From Vibrio vulnificus CMCP6 (GTDB lineage Bacteria; Pseudomonadota; Gammaproteobacteria; Enterobacterales; Vibrionaceae), in contig NC_004459.3 of NCBI RefSeq assembly GCF_000039765.1, positions 600,001 through 632,000 of the forward strand: 32,000 nt of DNA, written 5' to 3'. Below the pieces are notes generated by a model. That model did no database searches. It had not been told where the DNA came from and saw nothing but the letters and a program-made list of their open reading frames with translations. Each line of letters opens with the position of its first letter. Position 1 is the first letter of the stretch. Shown in pieces: positions 27,475 through 32,000 of this stretch. The position numbers were made by a program, and so were the translations under genes.

Positions 27475-30327
27475 CTAAATAGTTGAGGATTCAAGCCACT
27501 CTTGCCAAGCTTTGCTGACCCCTTGGCGCAACGCAACAAACTTATCGAGAGCAACATCGGCATCTAAGTTGAGCAAATTACGTCGGTGAATCTCATCGCG
27601 CATCGTTGTGTAAGCTTGAGTGAGTAGCATCGCCTGCGCTTCTTCCATCACCCCTTGAGCAATCAAGGTTTCAAAGATGCGCACGTTATCGCACCAACGT
27701 GTCAACTTAGGCTTTTCAGCACTGTAGTTCAACACCAGGTATTGAGCCAAAAACTCGATATCGGTGATCCCGCCCTGATCTTGCTTCAACATAAAGCGAT
27801 CGGATTTTTTCCCGCCAAGATGATCACGCATTTTCGCACGCATATCAGCGACCTCTTTTTGCAGCTTGGCTTGCTCACGCGGTTTGGCCAGCACTTGGTG
27901 GCGCACTCGGTGGAACTCACTGGCAAGGTGTTCATCACCATAAATCATACGAGCGCGCACTAATGCTTGGTGTTCCCACGTCCAGGCATCATTATGCTGA
28001 TATTCTTCAAAGGCATCGACAGGGCAAACCAACAAGCCAGAAGCACCGGAAGGGCGTAAGCGCGTATCGACTTCATACAAAATGCCCGACGCCGTTCGCG
28101 TTGAGAAAATATGGATGATGCGCTGCGCTAAGCGCAGATAAAACTGACGCCCATCGATCTCTTTCTTACCATCGGTATAAACGTTCACCGGGCAATCATG
28201 CAGGAAAACAACATCGAGATCCGAATTGTAGCCTAACTCCCAACCACCCACTTTGCCGTAGCCGACGACCGCAAAGCCTTTACCCTCACGATCTTTAAGG
28301 TGCGTTGGTTCGCCATATTTCTCCGCGACCTGTTGCCAAGCTTGATGTACCACCGCTTCAACAATCGCTTCTGCCAAGTAGGTTAAGTGATCACTCACTT
28401 TCATGACGGGCAAGACACCCGCAATGTCTGCCGCGGCAATGCGTAAGCTACAAATCTGTTTGAACTGACGCAGCGCGTCCATCTGCTGTTCAACGTCGTC
28501 CTCTGGGATTCGCGCCAGAAAATCACGCAGTTCGGTGCGATAGGCATCAAGTGCAATCGGGTTGTACAACTGCTGTGGGTCGATCAATTCATCCAACAAA
28601 ATAGGGTAACGTGCGAGCTGCTCAGAAATCATCGGGCTGGCCGTACACAGACGCACCAACTGCGTTAATGCCGCAGGGTGCTCATCGAGCAGCTCAAGGT
28701 AAGTGGTACGAGTGGCGATGTTGTGCAGCAAATGCAAAACGCGTGGTAAGCCAAATTGTGCATCGGCATCGGCAAAGATGGCTGAAAAAAGTTTTGGCAT
28801 CAGTCGATTGAGCACTTCTCGCCCGCGAGGCCCTAAGGTTTTCTTGGCCAGATCCGCCTTAAATTGAATGATTTGCTCTGACATCGTGGCGGCATTTTGG
28901 CAAGCCAAGTCATTTTGTAGAATCTGCTCAATCACCTCTGGGTTATGGGCCATATCCCACAACTCATTAAAATGACGTTCCACCGGGCTCACTTCATCTT
29001 CTTCATCACCGATCAGGGTAACAAATACAGCATGCACTTTTGCCATGTGTTGCTGCACATCATTTTGCAACGCTTGCCACTGCGAATAGCCCATCGCCAC
29101 CGCTAAAGCGAGCTGTTCTAATTCGTTATCAGGTAAGGTTTGCGTCTGTTTATCTGCCATCGCTTGCAATAGGTTTTCTAAGCGTCGTAAATACTTGTAA
29201 GCCTCAACAAGATGACACACTTGCGCCTCTTCCAGCAATTGCAGTTGCTTAATTGCCTCTAGCGTCACCAATAGGCCACGCTGGCGCAAAGCAGGTTCAC
29301 GCCCACCACGGATCAGTTGGAAAACTTGGGCGATAAACTCAATTTCACGAATACCCCCCGCCCCCAGTTTGATGTTGTTGCTTAAGCCGCGACGACGTAC
29401 TTCACTGCTGATCATTGATTTCATCCGACGCAGCGATTGAATGGCACTGAAGTCGATATAGCGACGGAAAACAAACGGCCTGAGCATCTGACGCAGCTCT
29501 TGGTATTCAGGGTACATTTCACGCCCCATCACCCGCGCTTTGATCATCGCGTAGCGTTCCCAATCTCGCCCCTGCTCTTGGTAGTAATCTTCCAAAGCCG
29601 CATAACTCATCACTAATGGGCCACTTTCGCCAAACGGGCGTAAGCGCATGTCGACTCGATAACAGAAACCATCAAAGGTCTGCTGATCCAGCGCTTTAAT
29701 AAGGCGTTGCCCCAAACGAGTGAAAAACTGTGCATTGGCGATGCTGCGACGTGCACCTTGTGTCTCACCATTTTCAGGATAAGTAAAAATCAAATCGATG
29801 TCGGAGGAGAAGTTAAGTTCGCCGCCTCCCAGTTTCCCCATCCCAATGATTAACATCGGTTGCGCTTCGCCTTGCGCATTGGTCGGGGTTCCCCACTCTT
29901 TGCAGCAGAGTTGATATTGCCATTGGTATGTTTCAAAAATCATTGCCTCGGCCAACTCCGAAAGATGGCTTAAGGATTCCTCAAGACTCCAAGCCTGAGT
30001 AAAATCTTTCCAAGCGATGTAGACCATTTCTCGGTTACGAAATTGACGCAAAACTCGGTGGCCCGCCACTTCATCATGACACGCTTGCAACTGCTCAGCC
30101 AAACGAGTTCGATAAGCTTCTTGTCGGCTTTCTTGCGCCAACATCTCTGGAAGACTCTCGGCCAATTGAGCATCACGCTGAACCGTTTCCACCACAAACT
30201 TGCTCAGTCCTGAAATAAACTGAAACTGTGTGATGAGCGCTTGCGGCCAGTGTTCAAGATAACCAGACTGCTGGGCATTTTGCATTGCCAGTTCAGCGAC
30301 GGGGATCAAAGGGGATGGCAGCGACAT
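27475..30327 (-). CDS. glnE: Bifunctional glutamine synthetase adenylyltransferase/adenylyl-removing enzyme GlnE
   Basis: 950 aa with two nucleotidyltransferase domains ([18 protein letters not shown] and [19 protein letters not shown]), each followed by a GlnE-type helical domain. It lies upstream of hldE, as in E. coli. Confidence 0.95.
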   Translation of the reverse strand: MSLPSPLIPVAELAMQNAQQSGYLEHWPQALITQFQFISGLSKFVVETVQRDAQLAESLPEMLAQESRQEAYRTRLAEQLQACHDEVAGHRVLRQFRNREMVYIAWKDFTQAWSLEESLSHLSELAEAMIFETYQWQYQLCCKEWGTPTNAQGEAQPMLIIGMGKLGGGELNFSSDIDLIFTYPENGETQGARRSIANAQFFTRLGQRLIKALDQQTFDGFCYRVDMRLRPFGESGPLVMSYAALEDYYQEQGRDWERYAMIKARVMGREMYPEYQELRQMLRPFVFRRYIDFSAIQSLRRMKSMISSEVRRRGLSNNIKLGAGGIREIEFIAQVFQLIRGGREPALRQRGLLVTLEAIKQLQLLEEAQVCHLVEAYKYLRRLENLLQAMADKQTQTLPDNELEQLALAVAMGYSQWQALQNDVQQHMAKVHAVFVTLIGDEEDEVSPVERHFNELWDMAHNPEVIEQILQNDLACQNAATMSEQIIQFKADLAKKTLGPRGREVLNRLMPKLFSAIFADADAQFGLPRVLHLLHNIATRTTYLELLDEHPAALTQLVRLCTASPMISEQLARYPILLDELIDPQQLYNPIALDAYRTELRDFLARIPEDDVEQQMDALRQFKQICSLRIAAADIAGVLPVMKVSDHLTYLAEAIVEAVVHQAWQQVAEKYGEPTHLKDREGKGFAVVGYGKVGGWELGYNSDLDVVFLHDCPVNVYTDGKKEIDGRQFYLRLAQRIIHIFSTRTASGILYEVDTRLRPSGASGLLVCPVDAFEEYQHNDAWTWEHQALVRARMIYGDEHLASEFHRVRHQVLAKPREQAKLQKEVADMRAKMRDHLGGKKSDRFMLKQDQGGITDIEFLAQYLVLNYSAEKPKLTRWCDNVRIFETLIAQGVMEEAQAMLLTQAYTTMRDEIHRRNLLNLDADVALDKFVALRQGVSKAWQEWLESSTI

Positions 30328-30384
30328 TTTTCTTCCTTGTTCTTGTTGAGCGGTTGTTCTTATTTATATCAGACTTACTGCAAT

Positions 30385-30414
30385 AAAAAACGCCCACATG
30401 AGTAATGTGGGCGT
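30385..30414 (-). terminator. Rho-independent terminator after the MCP gene
   Basis: Minus strand reads ACGCCCACAU-UACUC-AUGUGGGCGU followed by UUUUUAUU. The stem joins 30405-30414 with 30390-30399. Confidence 0.88.
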
Positions 30415-30432
30415 TTCATTGTGACTAAAACC

Positions 30433-31689
30433 TTAGACTTTGAAAGATTTGATTTTCTTATCTAACTCTTCCGCGTTGCCTTGCATCATTTCCGAGGTTT
30501 CCAGCAGCTCACTGACCACCACAACCGATGCTTCCACTAGCTCACGCACATTGGAAAGATTTTGGTCCATTTCCGCGGCAACACTGCTCTGCTGGCCAGC
30601 TGCCGTCGCGATTTGTAAGTTCATGTCATTGATGCTGGTTACCTGACCAACAATGCCATCCAGTTCCGTTCCGGCGTTGGACACCAACTCAACGCCTTCC
30701 GCCGCTTGCACCACACTCTTCTCCATGAGGTCAACGGCACTGCTGGCACTGGTTTGCAGCTGAGTGATCATGTCTTGAATTTCTACCGTTGCCGTTTGAG
30801 TGCGCTGAGCCAGGTTGCGAACTTCGTCGGCAACAACGGCAAAGCCACGACCCGCTTCACCAGCACGAGCAGCTTCAATCGCGGCGTTCAGTGCCAACAA
30901 GTTGGTCTGTTCTGAAATGCCTTGAATGGTGCCAACCACACTACCAATGGCACCGACTCGCTCTTCCACTTGGTTCACGGCTTGAGCTGAAGAAGCAATG
31001 TCTGACGACAATTGACTCATTTTCGACACTGTACCTTGCAAGAATTGCTGGCCCTTTTTCGCTTGTTGCGAGGCTTGCTCGGTCAAACTCGACGCATTGT
31101 TGGCGTGATCGGCCACGGTTTGTACCGTCGAGGTCATTTCGCTCATCGCCGTCGCCAGTTGATCAATTTCATTGAACTCTTCTTGTGCCGACTCTTTGGT
31201 TTCCGACATGCTCAGTGTCATCACTTCCGTCAAGCCGGCCAGCTCATCAGAGGCGTTGATTTGCATTTTGATCATATCGTGCAATTGCTGACGGGTTTTC
31301 TCCAGCTCACGCGCCACATCGCCATATTCATCTTTACAAGCCATGCCAAACGGAACCGAAAGGTTTCTTTGCGCCATTAATTTGATCGCATCATTTAAAT
31401 AGCGAGTTTGACGCAGCATCACGCTGGCAGCCGCCATCAAAAGAACCACAAACACAACAATCAATAAGCCCGTTTGCCAAGCCACTTGAACCATGTATTC
31501 ATCGTAATGTTGTTGCGCGAGTTGCTCATTTTGCGTTGCCGCCAACAAAGCTTGATAGAAGGTGCTGGCATCCCAAAGCTGTTTGCCAACAATCAAAACG
31601 GTACTGAACACCATCAGCAAAATCATTTTGGGAACGAGGCGAATGTCAGAGATCACCCTTTCCCAGGGCTTAAAAGCCAGCTTTTCCAT
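30433..31689 (-). CDS. Methyl-accepting chemotaxis protein with minimal periplasmic loop
   Basis: 418 aa with two predicted TM helices (about residues 18-37 and 68-92), a HAMP-like segment, and the highly conserved signalling tip [44 protein letters not shown] lies 6-7 nt upstream of the ATG. Confidence 0.92.
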   Translation of the reverse strand: MEKLAFKPWERVISDIRLVPKMILLMVFSTVLIVGKQLWDASTFYQALLAATQNEQLAQQHYDEYMVQVAWQTGLLIVVFVVLLMAAASVMLRQTRYLNDAIKLMAQRNLSVPFGMACKDEYGDVARELEKTRQQLHDMIKMQINASDELAGLTEVMTLSMSETKESAQEEFNEIDQLATAMSEMTSTVQTVADHANNASSLTEQASQQAKKGQQFLQGTVSKMSQLSSDIASSAQAVNQVEERVGAIGSVVGTIQGISEQTNLLALNAAIEAARAGEAGRGFAVVADEVRNLAQRTQTATVEIQDMITQLQTSASSAVDLMEKSVVQAAEGVELVSNAGTELDGIVGQVTSINDMNLQIATAAGQQSSVAAEMDQNLSNVRELVEASVVVVSELLETSEMMQGNAEELDKKIKSFKV

Positions 31690-31805
31690 TGTTGTTTCTC
31701 CACCAGTTCTTTTATAGTCGTATCAAGAAGATGTTGCCTTTGGGCACTTTGCTTAAATACTTTGCGCGTTAAAAACGCCACCTTGCTATTTATTTCGAGC
31801 CCCGT

Positions 31806-32000
31806 ATGAAAAGTAATGATATCAAAGAGAACACCAAACCGATGAGTCTGTTATCACTAATCTTGTCTTTTATGGCGCTATTTGTGATCTCTGGCTTACT
31901 GTTTTTTCCTTTGGATGAAGAGACCCGACAAGTTCTTATCGGTCTCGATTTCATAATCTGTAGTATTTTTCTTCTTCAGCTCAGCGTAGATTTGATCCGC
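31806..32000 (+). CDS. Membrane protein, N-terminal 65 codons (ion-transport/K+ channel-like); continues beyond the window end
   Basis: Not in the ORF track because it has no stop in the window. My translation is MKSNDIKENTKPMSLLSLILSFMALFVISGLLFFPLDEETRQVLIGLDFIICSIFLLQLSVDLIR, with two hydrophobic helices that resemble the S1/S2 start of ion-transport family proteins. There is no clear SD, so the start may be the internal ATG (M13). The family call is tentative. Confidence 0.5.
   Translation, partial: MKSNDIKENTKPMSLLSLILSFMALFVISGLLFFPLDEETRQVLIGLDFIICSIFLLQLSVDLIR

Overview
This window reads as conserved chromosomal core of a Vibrio-like gammaproteobacterium. The genus call is inferred from gene order, petABC sitting between rpsI and sspA, and the form of the RNase P RNA; it is not verified. 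I can support 30 protein genes (2 truncated by the window edges) and one ncRNA. In order they are: the start of the dcw cluster (ftsI', ftsL, rsmH), rnpB, rsmI, lpoA-yraN-diaA-dolP, sspB-sspA, petCBA (cytochrome bc1), rpsI-rplM, zapE, zapG, degQ-degS, parC-parE, yqiA-cpdA-yqiB-nudF, tolC, hldE-glnE, a methyl-accepting chemotaxis protein, and the first 65 codons of a membrane (ion-transport-like) protein. Every ORF above about 140 aa that is not a shadow of a real gene is accounted for by a well-known housekeeping family. I see no integrase, transposase, CRISPR array, toxin/defence-like gene, or obvious compositional island, and I found no convincing evidence for a new multi-gene system. The observations most worth a second look are modest. 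(1) rnpB carries three tandem 24-nt hairpin modules in its P3 region. (2) mraZ is absent from its canonical place upstream of rsmH, where the rnpB terminator lies instead. (3) A 236-nt hairpin-rich spacer with a perfect TTGACA and a terminator-like structure sits between yqiA and parE. (4) There is a sigma-E-like promoter upstream of degQ. (5) The chemoreceptor has almost no periplasmic domain. Several starts in the supplied ORF track are GTG/TTG-extended and have been trimmed to starts that match homolog length and Shine-Dalgarno (SD) placement.
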